A stretch of DNA of 64,000 nucleotides, from positions 64,001 through 128,000 of IMG/VR virus record IMGVR_UViG_3300020336_000481; one strand, written 5' to 3'. A program made the position numbers and the translations under genes. The notes under the pieces were generated by a model. That model did no database searches, was not told the origin of the DNA, and saw only the letters and a list, made by a program, of their open reading frames with translations. Position 1 is the first letter of the stretch. Every line of letters starts with the position of its first letter. Positions 1-10,900 of this stretch are shown here, piece after piece. Origin of the DNA: a virus (Duplodnaviria; Caudoviricetes).

Positions 1-2
1 CG

Positions 3-2831
3 AGCAACGAAGCAAGTATGTTATTCCATGCTGCAACTTTCATTACACCAGGCGTTGATGCTATTACAATGACCAATGGTGTAAGAGTAGAATGGCTTAA
101 TAGTTTTACATATTTTGCCAACAGAGGATTATATGCAGTACGAGGTTCAACAGGACATCAAAGTCCCGACGGGAGTACAATAAATTACGGAGCAGAAATA
201 CGTTCAATTGGATCTGCAAATGTATACGGAAACAAAGGTGCTGTAGCAGATGGTGCCGGCACACTAATGTATCTTATTAATCACAACTTTGCATACATAG
301 GCGTTGGTAAGTTTGTTGACAATGATCCAAGTAGATCTATACAAGCAAACGAAGTTGAAGAATTAAATTCAGGTAAAGTTTATTTTAGTTCAACAGACCA
401 TTTAGGTAATTTTAGGGTAGGAGATAGCTTTCTAGTTGACCAAGAATCAGGAGAAACTACACTTAACTTATCTGAAGCAGAAATAGACTCTTTTGGTGGC
501 TTAAATATTACAACTAGTGGTGCATTAACAGTTGTAAACGGAAACCTTGTAGAAACAGGAAATATTAGATTACAAGGTAATCAAATTTTATCTACAGCAA
601 ACGATATTAACATTGTTGCAAGTGGTTCTAATAATATTAATTTTTTAACAAGTTTAAACATTACTAATAATTTAGATATTACAGGTAATTTGACAGGTGC
701 TGGTAATTTAAAATTAGGCGATGAAAGTGTAGATACTGTAACATTTAATGATCCTTTTGATCAAAATATAAAACCTGCTGTGTCAGGAACCTTTGATTTA
801 GGAAGTCCTACACTACGCTGGAAAAATGCATTCTTATCACAAGCAGAAATTAGCGATATAAAAATATTTGATAACGTTATACAGACTAATGTTTCTAATG
901 CAGACTTAGAACTTCGTGCAAATGGTACTGGTAAAATATTAGTACCAAACAATAATGTAACTTTTAGTAATAACTTAACTGTCAACGGCACAACTAATTT
1001 ACAAGGTCTGTCAACTACAGGAAATATTGTACATTCAGGCAATTTACAATTAACAGGGAACTTTGATGTTACAGGTAACTTATCTGCAACACAAAATTTA
1101 ACAGTAAACAGTGATGTTTCCTTTCAAGAATTTAATATAACAGGGAACTTAATAGAAACTACACTTTCAGATGCAGATTTAGATTTACGTGCAAATGGCA
1201 CAGGAGACGTAGTTTTTAATGACTCAGCAACATTTAATGCATTAACTATTACACAACATTCCGACCTTATTGATGTTGACGTAACTTCTAGCGTACAAGC
1301 TACAGACTTTACAACAGATCAAATATTAGTTAGAGAAAACTTTATAGAAACAAGATTTAGTAATGCTGATTTAGATTTACGTGCTACTGGCAACATTGTT
1401 ATTCAAGAAAATACTACAGCAGAACAAAATCTAACAGTAAACGGCACAACAACATTAAAAAATACAGGAATTACAGGTACACTAACGCATGTAGGAAACA
1501 CAACACAAACAGGTAATAGAAATATTACAGGTAACACTACAATAACAAAAAATTTAGATGTTACTGGGTCAGCACAACTTGAAGAAATATTAATTGATGA
1601 CAATTATATAACTACAACTACGTCAAATGCAGATTTAGAATTACGTGCTAGTGGAAGTGGTAATATTATTGTTCCTAGTAATGATGTAGTAATCAGTAAA
1701 GATTTAGCTGTAGACGATTTAGTATTACAAAGTCAACTTACAGTAAACAATCTAACTGGAAATAATTTAAGTATTAATACATTTAATATTACAGGAGATT
1801 TTCAATTTGAAAATATTAATATCTCTGATAACGTAATTCAAACAACACTTTCAAATAGTGACTTAGAGCTACAGGCAAACGGCTCAGGAAATTTAAACTT
1901 TCAAGAAAATGTTGTTGTAAATAATAACTTATCTGCTGATAATTTAACAGGCGTACAAAACATCAATATTACTAGCGGTGTAACATTTGATCAATTTACT
2001 GGTAGCTCTAACATAAACTTTTTTGACAATGTAATACAAACCACAGTATCAAACAGTAACTTAGAACTTAGAACATCTGGCGCTGGTACTGTTAAATTAG
2101 ACGATTTTGATTTTACAAGCAGTGTAATTGCAAATAATGGTTCAAATAATATTCAATTTACGCCTGGTTCAAATAACTTAAATATATCTGCAACAGGGTC
2201 ATTGAAACTACCAGCAGGTGCTACAGCATCAGGGTCACAAGGACAAATTAGATATAACACTACTACAAATTCTTTTGAAGGATTTGACCCTAATAATATA
2301 CACTTTGGCGGAGTGTTTAGTTCAAACCGTTTAACCAATTTAGTAGCAGATACAAATAATAATATTATTGGTACAGTTAATAACTCTGTTAAACTTACTA
2401 TAAATGCACAAGGCGTAGAAACTACACAATTACAAACTGAGGATATTAATATCAACAGTACAACAATAAGGACTAATGTTTCTAATAGTGATTTAGTTCT
2501 TAACCCTAGCGGAGTAGGTATTGTAAAAATGGGTAATATCAATATTAGTGATAATACTATTGATAACACTACTAGCGGCGCCGCATTATTACAAACTACA
2601 GGTACAGGTTATGTAAAATATGATGGACAAAAAGGCTTTGTACTTCCAAGAGGAACTACAGCTAATCGTCCAGCAAGTCCTGCTGCAGGAGAAACAAGAT
2701 TTAATACTGACACTACATCAGTTGAAATTTATACTGGCTCAGATTGGGTTATTGCTACAGGTACAGGAGCAGTACAAACTAGGGTAGGAAATGAAAATCT
2801 TGCATTCGCTTTGAGTCTAGCACTAGGGTAA
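3..2831 (+). CDS. Large tail fibre/baseplate-associated structural protein, 5'-truncated by the window edge; paralog of 2974..7206
   Basis: Frame is open from position 3 (SNEASMLFH, matching the paralog's internal GSNEASMLFH). Many SNADLELRANGTG beta-repeats; C-terminal LPRGTTANRP...GETRFN module; ends AFALSLALG. Confidence 0.8.
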   Translation, partial: SNEASMLFHAATFITPGVDAITMTNGVRVEWLNSFTYFANRGLYAVRGSTGHQSPDGSTINYGAEIRSIGSANVYGNKGAVADGAGTLMYLINHNFAYIGVGKFVDNDPSRSIQANEVEELNSGKVYFSSTDHLGNFRVGDSFLVDQESGETTLNLSEAEIDSFGGLNITTSGALTVVNGNLVETGNIRLQGNQILSTANDINIVASGSNNINFLTSLNITNNLDITGNLTGAGNLKLGDESVDTVTFNDPFDQNIKPAVSGTFDLGSPTLRWKNAFLSQAEISDIKIFDNVIQTNVSNADLELRANGTGKILVPNNNVTFSNNLTVNGTTNLQGLSTTGNIVHSGNLQLTGNFDVTGNLSATQNLTVNSDVSFQEFNITGNLIETTLSDADLDLRANGTGDVVFNDSATFNALTITQHSDLIDVDVTSSVQATDFTTDQILVRENFIETRFSNADLDLRATGNIVIQENTTAEQNLTVNGTTTLKNTGITGTLTHVGNTTQTGNRNITGNTTITKNLDVTGSAQLEEILIDDNYITTTTSNADLELRASGSGNIIVPSNDVVISKDLAVDDLVLQSQLTVNNLTGNNLSINTFNITGDFQFENINISDNVIQTTLSNSDLELQANGSGNLNFQENVVVNNNLSADNLTGVQNINITSGVTFDQFTGSSNINFFDNVIQTTVSNSNLELRTSGAGTVKLDDFDFTSSVIANNGSNNIQFTPGSNNLNISATGSLKLPAGATASGSQGQIRYNTTTNSFEGFDPNNIHFGGVFSSNRLTNLVADTNNNIIGTVNNSVKLTINAQGVETTQLQTEDININSTTIRTNVSNSDLVLNPSGVGIVKMGNINISDNTIDNTTSGAALLQTTGTGYVKYDGQKGFVLPRGTTANRPASPAAGETRFNTDTTSVEIYTGSDWVIATGTGAVQTRVGNENLAFALSLALG

Positions 2832-2853
2832 TCAGCACTTAATTTTTTAATAA

Positions 2854-2861
2854 GATAAATA
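2854..2861 (+). promoter_or_regulatory. T4-like late promoter GATAAATA
   Basis: Same octamer recurs upstream of many structural genes in this window; resembles T4 late -10 TATAAATA. Confidence 0.7.
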
Positions 2862-2866
2862 TATGT

Positions 2867-2973
2867 AATGCAAAGTAAGACCATACTTGCAGGGTCAAAC
2901 TGTGGTTAGCCGGCAAAGAGCGAAAGCTGAAAATTAGGCTAGAGGGACAGGATCCCCGTGTTAAGGAGAAGAG
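2867..2973 (+). ncRNA. Candidate structured cis-regulatory RNA in a long 5' UTR
   Basis: GC-richer than its surroundings. Stems TGCAAAGTA/TACTTGCA, TAGCC/GGCTA, AGC-GAAA-GCT and GGGA/TCCC, plus a possible GACCA/TGGTT pseudoknot; followed by SD AAGGAG. Confidence 0.5.
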
Positions 2974-5900
2974 ATGGCAGTTGGTCGTATATCTGGTCCG
3001 CTCTTAAAGCCAAATCTCATTAGAAATGGGATTGATTTAGCTTTTGAGACGGATTTATTGTATCTTGATGTAAACAATCAAAGGATTGGTATCAAATCGA
3101 GTACTCCTCAACACGAGTTAGATGTTACAGGAACGGTTCGTTCAACTAACTTAGAGATCACAAACACTGCAAACATTGCAGACCTTACTATCCAAAACAG
3201 CACAATATCAACTAATTCAAGTTATTTAAATCTTGGAACACTTGATACTGTAGTATATCAAAATAAATTAAGAGTTGATAGCCTTGATATTGTAGGCAAC
3301 GTAATATCTTCTAATAATTCAAATGCAAATATAGAATTAAACCCTAACGGCACCGGTACTGTTGAAGTACTTGCAAATATGAATGTTACTGGCAATATAC
3401 ATGCTACAGGTAATATTAGTGCAGACGGTAATATTACAATAGGTGATGCTAACACTGATAATATTACAATTAATGCTGATGTAGCAAGTAACTTAATACC
3501 TGATGTTGATAACACATATACACTAGGTACCAGTACAAAAAGATGGCAAGATGTTTGGGTAAACAATTTAAATGCCACTACAATAAATTCTAATAGTGTT
3601 GCTATCGACGGCATTGATTTAATATTGCGCCAAGGAAATTTATACTACGTAGCAGAAAACGGTTCAGATACAAATTCAGGAGATCATCCACAAGACCCTT
3701 ATGCATCAATTACAAAAGCATTAACTGTTGCAACTGCCGGTGACACAGTACACGTATTCCCAGGCGAATATCAAGAAATATTTCCAATGACAATTCCAGT
3801 AGGTGTTACAATCAAAGGACACAGTATAAGAAGTGTTAATATATCACCTACATCAGGAACTAATACAAATGATGCATTTTTATTAAACGGTGAAACAACA
3901 GTTAGTGATTTAACAATCAAAGATTTTTACAATGGTTATGCATTTAAATTTGCATCTAATGCTTCGGTTACAAGTAGAAGTCCATACCTTAAAAATATAA
4001 CAGTAATTACAAAAGGTAGCGTAACAACAGCAGAAGATCCTAGAGGATTTAACCAAGGAGACGCTGGTAAAGGTGTACTAGCTGACGGGAAAGACGTTGC
4101 AAGTGGTAGTAACGAAGCAAGTATGTTATTTCATAGTTGTACATTTATAACACCAGGTGTAGATGCAGCAACTTTTACTAACGGAGTAAGAATTGAATGG
4201 CTAAACTGTTTTTCATACTTTGCTAATAAAGGAATTTCGGCATATGACGGTACTTCAAGTGACGGAAAATACGGTGACGGAAAAACACGTATTAGATTAA
4301 GTGGTATATCAGGCACCTTTACCGCAGGAAATACAGTAACATTTACAAGTACAGATAATTCAACAATAGTAGCTGTAACAGTTGAAAGTGTAGACAATGA
4401 CATACTTGTTGTTGACGGTAAAAATACAAATTTAATAGGATTCGACACTACGCCTGCAAGTATATCAAATGGTGCAGGAGCAACAGCAACAACTATTGAG
4501 AATGTAGATGTAAAAGACTTTGGTGCAGAAGTAAGAATGATAGGTAGTGCTAGTGTTTACGGTAACTTTGGCTTACACGGTGACGGTCCTGGAGTTATTG
4601 TTTATGCTGTAGGGCAGAATTTAGCTTATATAGGTAACGGAAAAGAAGTTACTAACGATCCGGGAACAGTAATACAAGCAAATGAAGTTGTAGAACTTAA
4701 CGGTGCTAAAATAAGATACAACTCAGTTGATCACAAAGGTGATTTTAGAGTAGGCGATCTTTTTACAGTTGACCAAGATACAGGTACAGTAAATTTTGTT
4801 GCAAGTGCATTAAATGTTGATCTTACTAACGGTGCAACATTTACAACAGGAAGCAATACTACATTTATAAATGGTGCTAGGATTGATACCGGTAATTTAA
4901 GAATAAGTGGAAACACAATAGAAAGCACAAGCGGAAATATTAACTTTAATAGTGCTACTAATTCAATTAACTTAAATGATAATGTAAACGTTACTGGTAA
5001 TATGGATGTTACTGGTAATATTACACTAGGCGGAAACATACAAATTGGTGACGAAGTTACTGATAGTATTACAATTACAGCTGGTATTAATAGTAATTTA
5101 GTACCAAGAACAACAGATACACATACATTAGGAACAAGTTCCTTAGAATGGAAAAATTTATACATTAATGAACTTGATGTAGACGATATACAAATTAATA
5201 CAAACTTTATTTCTACTACATCATCTAATGCAGACTTAGAACTTCGTGCTAACGGCACAGGTAAAATATTAGTACCAGGAAATAATGTTCAAGTTACAAA
5301 CGACCTTACAGTTAATGGAACTACAAATTTATCAAATTTAAATATTACAGGAAACTTTGGATTAGTAGGTAACTTTACAGAAACAGGTGATGTTAGTGTA
5401 ACAGGCGATGTAACAGTAAGCCAAGACTTAACCATAGGCGCCACTGCACAATTTGAAGAAATAAAAATAGAAGGTAATGTTATTACAACTACTTCTAGTA
5501 ATGCTGATTTAGAATTACAAGCAAATAGCGGCGGCAGAGTAATTATTCCGTCAAATGATGTTATAGTAAGTCAAGATTTAAATGTAACAGGTGCAGTAGC
5601 AGCAAATACAATTACTGCTCAAGGTAATATTGATGCTGATACTTTTACAACCGGCGATATACAAATTGACGATAATTTTATTACTACAACATTAAGCAAT
5701 TCTAATTTAGAACTTCGTGCAAATGGTACTGGAAAAGTAATAATACCAAGTAATGATATTGTTGCTTCACAAAATTTAACAGTAAATGGTACAACAACAT
5801 TAAAAGGCACAGGAATCACAGGAACAATTACACACGTAGGAAACACAACACAAACAGGTAATAGCAATATTACAGGTGATGTTACAATAAGTCAAGATTT

Positions 5901-7206
5901 AGATGTAACAGGTTCTGCACAATTTGAAGAAATATTAATTGATGACAATTATATAACTACAACTACAACAAACGCAGATTTAGAATTACGTGCAAATGGT
6001 ACTGGTAATATTATTGTTCCTAGTAATGATGTTACATTTAGTAAAGACTTAACTGTTAGCGGAACAACTACTGCAAACTCCTTAAACGTAAACGGAAACA
6101 TTACAGCTACTTCAGCAACACTTGACACCTTTATTGTTCAAGGAGATGTACAATTAGAAGATATTAGTATTGATGGTAATGTAATTACTACAACGTTAAC
6201 TAACAGTGATTTAGATTTACGTGCTAACGGTTCGGGTGTTGTTAGAATACCTAGTAATGATGTAACAATCACAAATGATTTACAAATTGGCGGTAACTTA
6301 ACTGTAAACAGTATTAATAGTGCTGGTACACTTACTGCAAATAATTTTAGCACAGGCGATATTTTAATTGATGATAACTTTATTACTACAACTTTAAGTA
6401 ATTCAAATTTAGAACTACGTACAAGTGGTACAGGTAGTGTTATTATTGACGACTTACAACTTAGCAATAGTAATATTACCACAAGCACTAGTGATATTAC
6501 TATAACTCCAGGAAGCGGTGATGTAATTGTTAACGGAACTGGTGCAGTTAAATTGCCAGTTGGTAATACTGCACAACGATCTACAGCAGTAACAGGACAA
6601 ATTAGATTTAACAGTGAACTTTCAAGATTTGAAGGCTACGACGGCGCAAACTGGATTAAATTAAACGGACTACAAGATATAGACGGGGATACCAGAGCAA
6701 CAGCAGAGCTTACAACAGGAGCAAATGATAACAAAATTAGATTTTATATCCAAGATAACGTAGTTGCAGACATAAATGCAAACGGGTTAAATACAAGTAG
6801 AGTAACCGTAGATGACATCGAAATAGATGGAAATAAGATAAGTACACTTACTACAAACACTGATTTGATTTTACAAGCAAACGGTACTGGTAACGTAAGG
6901 TTAGATAATTTTGGGTTTAACAGTAATATAATATCAAATACAGTTGCTGATAGTGTAACTACTTTTCAAAACTCTGGAAATGGTTACTTTAAAATAGACG
7001 GTACAGGCGGCTTTGTTATACCAAGAGGTACAAGTGTACAAAGGCCAACTGCCGTTGAAGTAGGAATGATAAGATATAATGAGGATGATGTAAGAGTTGA
7101 AGTTTATAACGGAACACAATGGACAAGTGTTGCAGGTGCTGCAGCAGGTATTACTATTACAGAATCACAAGACATTGCATTAGAATTAATATTGAGCTTA
7201 GGATAA
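2974..7206 (+). CDS. Large tail fibre/baseplate-associated structural protein (1410 aa)
   Basis: SD AAGGAG. YVAENGSDTNSG..PYASI pectin-lyase-like cap, SNADLELRANGTG repeats, C-terminal IPRGTSVQRP module, ends LILSLG. Confidence 0.8.
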   Translation: MAVGRISGPLLKPNLIRNGIDLAFETDLLYLDVNNQRIGIKSSTPQHELDVTGTVRSTNLEITNTANIADLTIQNSTISTNSSYLNLGTLDTVVYQNKLRVDSLDIVGNVISSNNSNANIELNPNGTGTVEVLANMNVTGNIHATGNISADGNITIGDANTDNITINADVASNLIPDVDNTYTLGTSTKRWQDVWVNNLNATTINSNSVAIDGIDLILRQGNLYYVAENGSDTNSGDHPQDPYASITKALTVATAGDTVHVFPGEYQEIFPMTIPVGVTIKGHSIRSVNISPTSGTNTNDAFLLNGETTVSDLTIKDFYNGYAFKFASNASVTSRSPYLKNITVITKGSVTTAEDPRGFNQGDAGKGVLADGKDVASGSNEASMLFHSCTFITPGVDAATFTNGVRIEWLNCFSYFANKGISAYDGTSSDGKYGDGKTRIRLSGISGTFTAGNTVTFTSTDNSTIVAVTVESVDNDILVVDGKNTNLIGFDTTPASISNGAGATATTIENVDVKDFGAEVRMIGSASVYGNFGLHGDGPGVIVYAVGQNLAYIGNGKEVTNDPGTVIQANEVVELNGAKIRYNSVDHKGDFRVGDLFTVDQDTGTVNFVASALNVDLTNGATFTTGSNTTFINGARIDTGNLRISGNTIESTSGNINFNSATNSINLNDNVNVTGNMDVTGNITLGGNIQIGDEVTDSITITAGINSNLVPRTTDTHTLGTSSLEWKNLYINELDVDDIQINTNFISTTSSNADLELRANGTGKILVPGNNVQVTNDLTVNGTTNLSNLNITGNFGLVGNFTETGDVSVTGDVTVSQDLTIGATAQFEEIKIEGNVITTTSSNADLELQANSGGRVIIPSNDVIVSQDLNVTGAVAANTITAQGNIDADTFTTGDIQIDDNFITTTLSNSNLELRANGTGKVIIPSNDIVASQNLTVNGTTTLKGTGITGTITHVGNTTQTGNSNITGDVTISQDLDVTGSAQFEEILIDDNYITTTTTNADLELRANGTGNIIVPSNDVTFSKDLTVSGTTTANSLNVNGNITATSATLDTFIVQGDVQLEDISIDGNVITTTLTNSDLDLRANGSGVVRIPSNDVTITNDLQIGGNLTVNSINSAGTLTANNFSTGDILIDDNFITTTLSNSNLELRTSGTGSVIIDDLQLSNSNITTSTSDITITPGSGDVIVNGTGAVKLPVGNTAQRSTAVTGQIRFNSELSRFEGYDGANWIKLNGLQDIDGDTRATAELTTGANDNKIRFYIQDNVVADINANGLNTSRVTVDDIEIDGNKISTLTTNTDLILQANGTGNVRLDNFGFNSNIISNTVADSVTTFQNSGNGYFKIDGTGGFVIPRGTSVQRPTAVEVGMIRYNEDDVRVEVYNGTQWTSVAGAAAGITITESQDIALELILSLG

Positions 7207-7209
7207 AAT

Positions 7210-7539
7210 ATGGCAACTTTTTTTAGAAATAGAGTAATAAAAAACGTAGGTAAAGTACCAATTGAAGTTGTGACTATTGGTGGTGCTAATCGAGCTACAG
7301 CCATTGGACTAAGTCTTACAAACTTAACATCAGAATTTTTATATGTAAATGTTTTTATAAAAGATGACACAAGTGTTTCAGGATACTATTTAAAAGATGC
7401 AGTGTTACCTGCAAATACAAGTTTAAGAGCAATCAATGGTGGAGAAAAATTAGTTCTACCAGAAAATAACGCACTATATGTATCGTCGAGTGTTGATGAT
7501 AGCGTAGACGTTATTTTAAGTTACGTGGAGATTACATAA
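7210..7539 (+). CDS. Small virion/tail-fibre accessory protein
   Basis: 109-aa beta-rich ORF directly after the fibre gene; resembles 21027..21347. Confidence 0.65.
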   Translation: MATFFRNRVIKNVGKVPIEVVTIGGANRATAIGLSLTNLTSEFLYVNVFIKDDTSVSGYYLKDAVLPANTSLRAINGGEKLVLPENNALYVSSSVDDSVDVILSYVEIT

Positions 7540-7919
7540 TGACTCAATATATAGGAACTAGTCCACAAGCAGTATTTGACGGATTTATTAAGAGATACTT
7601 TTATGGAATTAGACGTAACGACGACGGTGAATTGTTTTTAATTAAGATTGATCAATTCCAAGGCGGCACAGATCAAATTGCTATAATAAATGATATTGGA
7701 GATTTAGAAGATAACTTTGAAGATTTTGAAGAAGGTATTGATTATTTGTCAGGTGTAGACGAAACACATGACGTTGTTAATAAAAATTTAAAATATCCCC
7801 AATATAGATGGGACGGACGATCATTAATTTATTATATTGACCCTATTGACGGTCAATTTATACAAAAAATTAATCAACTACATGAATACGAAACTAATAT
7901 TTCGTCAGAAGGATACTAA
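7539..7919 (+). CDS. Hypothetical protein (structural operon)
   Basis: TAATG overlap with the previous gene, SD GGAG; acidic, 126 aa. Confidence 0.7.
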   Translation: MTQYIGTSPQAVFDGFIKRYFYGIRRNDDGELFLIKIDQFQGGTDQIAIINDIGDLEDNFEDFEEGIDYLSGVDETHDVVNKNLKYPQYRWDGRSLIYYIDPIDGQFIQKINQLHEYETNISSEGY

Positions 7920-7922
7920 CAG

Positions 7923-10900
7923 ATGTCAGAATTTAATTTAAATAGATTTAGGTATAATTGGAAAGGCGATTGGGTTACTGGTACTGCTTACAATAGAGAT
8001 GATATTGTAAAAGTAGGTGGTAAAACATATGTATGTTTAGTTACACATACTGCTAACGCTTCTTTCAACGTTGACTTAACAGCTACACTACCCGGCAGTA
8101 ATCCTTCTGTTCCTCAACCAAAATGGGTTGTAATGACGGAAAGTACAACTTATAAAGGAGCCTGGCAATCAGCAACTGAATATTATCCAGCAGATATTGT
8201 TTTAAAAGATGGTGTACTTTGGAAGTGTACAACTTATATAGGTAGTTCTTCTAACTGGGCAATTGACGAATCTAGTTGGGAAATATATGCAGGACATATT
8301 GATTTTAAGGGAGACTGGACAAACACAACCGATTATGGCCAAGGCGCACTAGTTAGGTATAACGGAATTGTATACAAATGTGTAACTTCACATGTAAGTC
8401 AAACTACACTAGAAGACGACTTATCAAAATGGGCAATATTCTATGAAGGAAGACATTTTGCAGGAACATGGGCAATATCAACTAATTATAGAAAAAATGA
8501 TTTTGTACTTTATGGAGGTTCAATATGGAAATGTACGCAAACACACACTAGCGGTATAGTTTCTATTGATACAACAAAATTTACAATAGCATTTCATGGA
8601 TTTGAAAATGAAGGCTACTGGACTAATGAAAAACAATATCAAACAGGCGACATTGTACGCTACGGCGGATATACGTATATTGCTGTTAATGTAAACAAAG
8701 ATAGTAATCCAGATGCAGCGTCAGGAACTAGTTTAGATAGCACGTTAGATTGGCAAGTTCTTTCATATGGTTATAACTTTAAAGGTGACTATAAATCAGA
8801 CAGACCTTACAGAGCAGGAGACGTTGTATTAAGAGGAGGTGATTTATACCTTGCACTAATTCCTATTGATAGAGAAGCTCAAGATGATAGTAGTATAGAT
8901 TACTTAGATACAGCAATATGGGAAAAATTAATACCAGGACAACAATGGTCAAAACAAGACGGACATGTTTTCTTTGATGTAGAAGTAAGAAGAAATGCTG
9001 CCAACACTGCAGATGTATATTTTATAGACGGATCAGAACGTCCACAACTTAGTTTACAAAAAGGTGTAACATATACTTTTGATCAAAGTACAGACTCAAA
9101 TGAAAATTATGGCGGCGGCACTAGCCATCCATTGTCTTTCTCATCTGATGATCCTGACGGAGATTCGGGTAGTGGATCGGCATATACTTACATGGTACAT
9201 TATTATCTTAATAATAATAAGGTAGTAAAATCTGATTATATAAGTGGTTTTGCAACAGCATGGCGAAGAAAAATAGAAATCATGGTAAACAAAAACACAA
9301 GTACAACTTTATTTTACTATTGTACTAGTCATATTGGAATGGGTAATTCATGTGATGTGTCGTCTGATATACAAGCAGAATCAGGAAGTTGGATCCAAGC
9401 AAACAAATATCATGTTGGAGACGTAGTTTATTTTTATGGTGATGCATACAGTTGTAACTTTGAACATACATCTAATACTGATAATTTCCCGGGTGATAAC
9501 GGAAGTGGTTATTTTTATTGGGATATATTAATACAAGGCGGTATTGATGCCGGCCTAAATACTAAAGGCGATTTACTTACATACGGTACTCCAACTACTA
9601 GTTCACTTAAAGGTGACGGCAGTTCACAAGGACTTACAAGTGTGCCTATTGGAGTTTCTGAACAATTACTTTCAGTAAACAACAATGACGAAGTATTTTG
9701 GAGAGAATATTTAGATTCAGCATTTAATGTTCATGTTACACAAAACGGTGTTGACGAAATAGGCAGAGGCCTAACAGCAGATAAACCTTTTAAAACTGTA
9801 GGATACGCATTAGAATTTGTACAAGAAAATTTTACAGCTAATACACCTGTTAAAGTAAAAATTGCAACTGGTAGATATACAGAAGCAGGACCAATGGTTA
9901 TTCCAGCAGGATGTGTTGTGATGGGAGATGAGCTAAGAGCCACAACTATTGAAGCACAACCAGCAATCAAAGAAATGTTAAATGACTTACCAATTACACA
10001 AGGATATTTAGATAGACTTACAAGCATAGTATTTGATCTGATTAATAACAATTTAATTAGTGCAAGTAACGGACACACCGAAGCACAAGTAAGAAACTTA
10101 CCAGCTGCTGGTGTAGGAATTTCTACAATAATTGCAAACCTTATTACAGATATTAAAAATTATCAAGATCAAGCATTAGGTAGCGGCGTTGATTCTCCAA
10201 CTGTTACAGGTACTAATACACTTACAGTTGACCAAGGTAGGTTAAATGCAGTTGCTATTTTAAGAGCAAACGTAAAATATCTTAAAAAAGAATTAACTAG
10301 TTTTGTTGATGCAAATAATTCAACTTACTCGTATACTGCTTCTAGAATGGAAAGCGATATTGAATTCTTTATCAAAGGTTTTATCTATGATTTACAATAT
10401 CCTGGAAATTACAAAACAGTGCTTATGGCTAGAAGATATTGTAATAGGCACAGCGGCTCTACACTAGATGATATGTTTTGGGTTAGAGACGTTACAGGTA
10501 TTAGAAATTGTACACTTGAAGGGTTGAGTGGAGGACTTAATCCTCCTGGAGTTTTTGACTTATATAGAAAACCAACCGGCGGAGCGTTTGTTGCACTTGA
10601 TCCAGGTTGGGGTCCAGCAGATGATAAAACATGGATTAAAACACGTTCACCATACTTACAAGGTGTTACTAATATAGGTACAGGTTGTGTTGGTAAAAAG
10701 ATTGACGGTGCATTACATAACGGTGGTAATAAATCTATGGTATCAAACGACTTTACGCAGGTATTAAGTGACGGAGTTGGTGCTTGGGTATTAAATAATG
10801 CTAGAGCAGAACTTGTGTCAGTATTTACATACTATTGTACGGTTGGATACCTAGCAGAAAATGGCGGTATTATACGTGCTACTAACGGTAACAATTCATA

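Noticed and set aside
2867-2973. Assignment of the leader to c-di-GMP-I riboswitch, hammerhead, pistol or HDV ribozyme classes
   Set aside because: Only short coincidental matches; the conserved cores are not recognisable, so it is left unassigned
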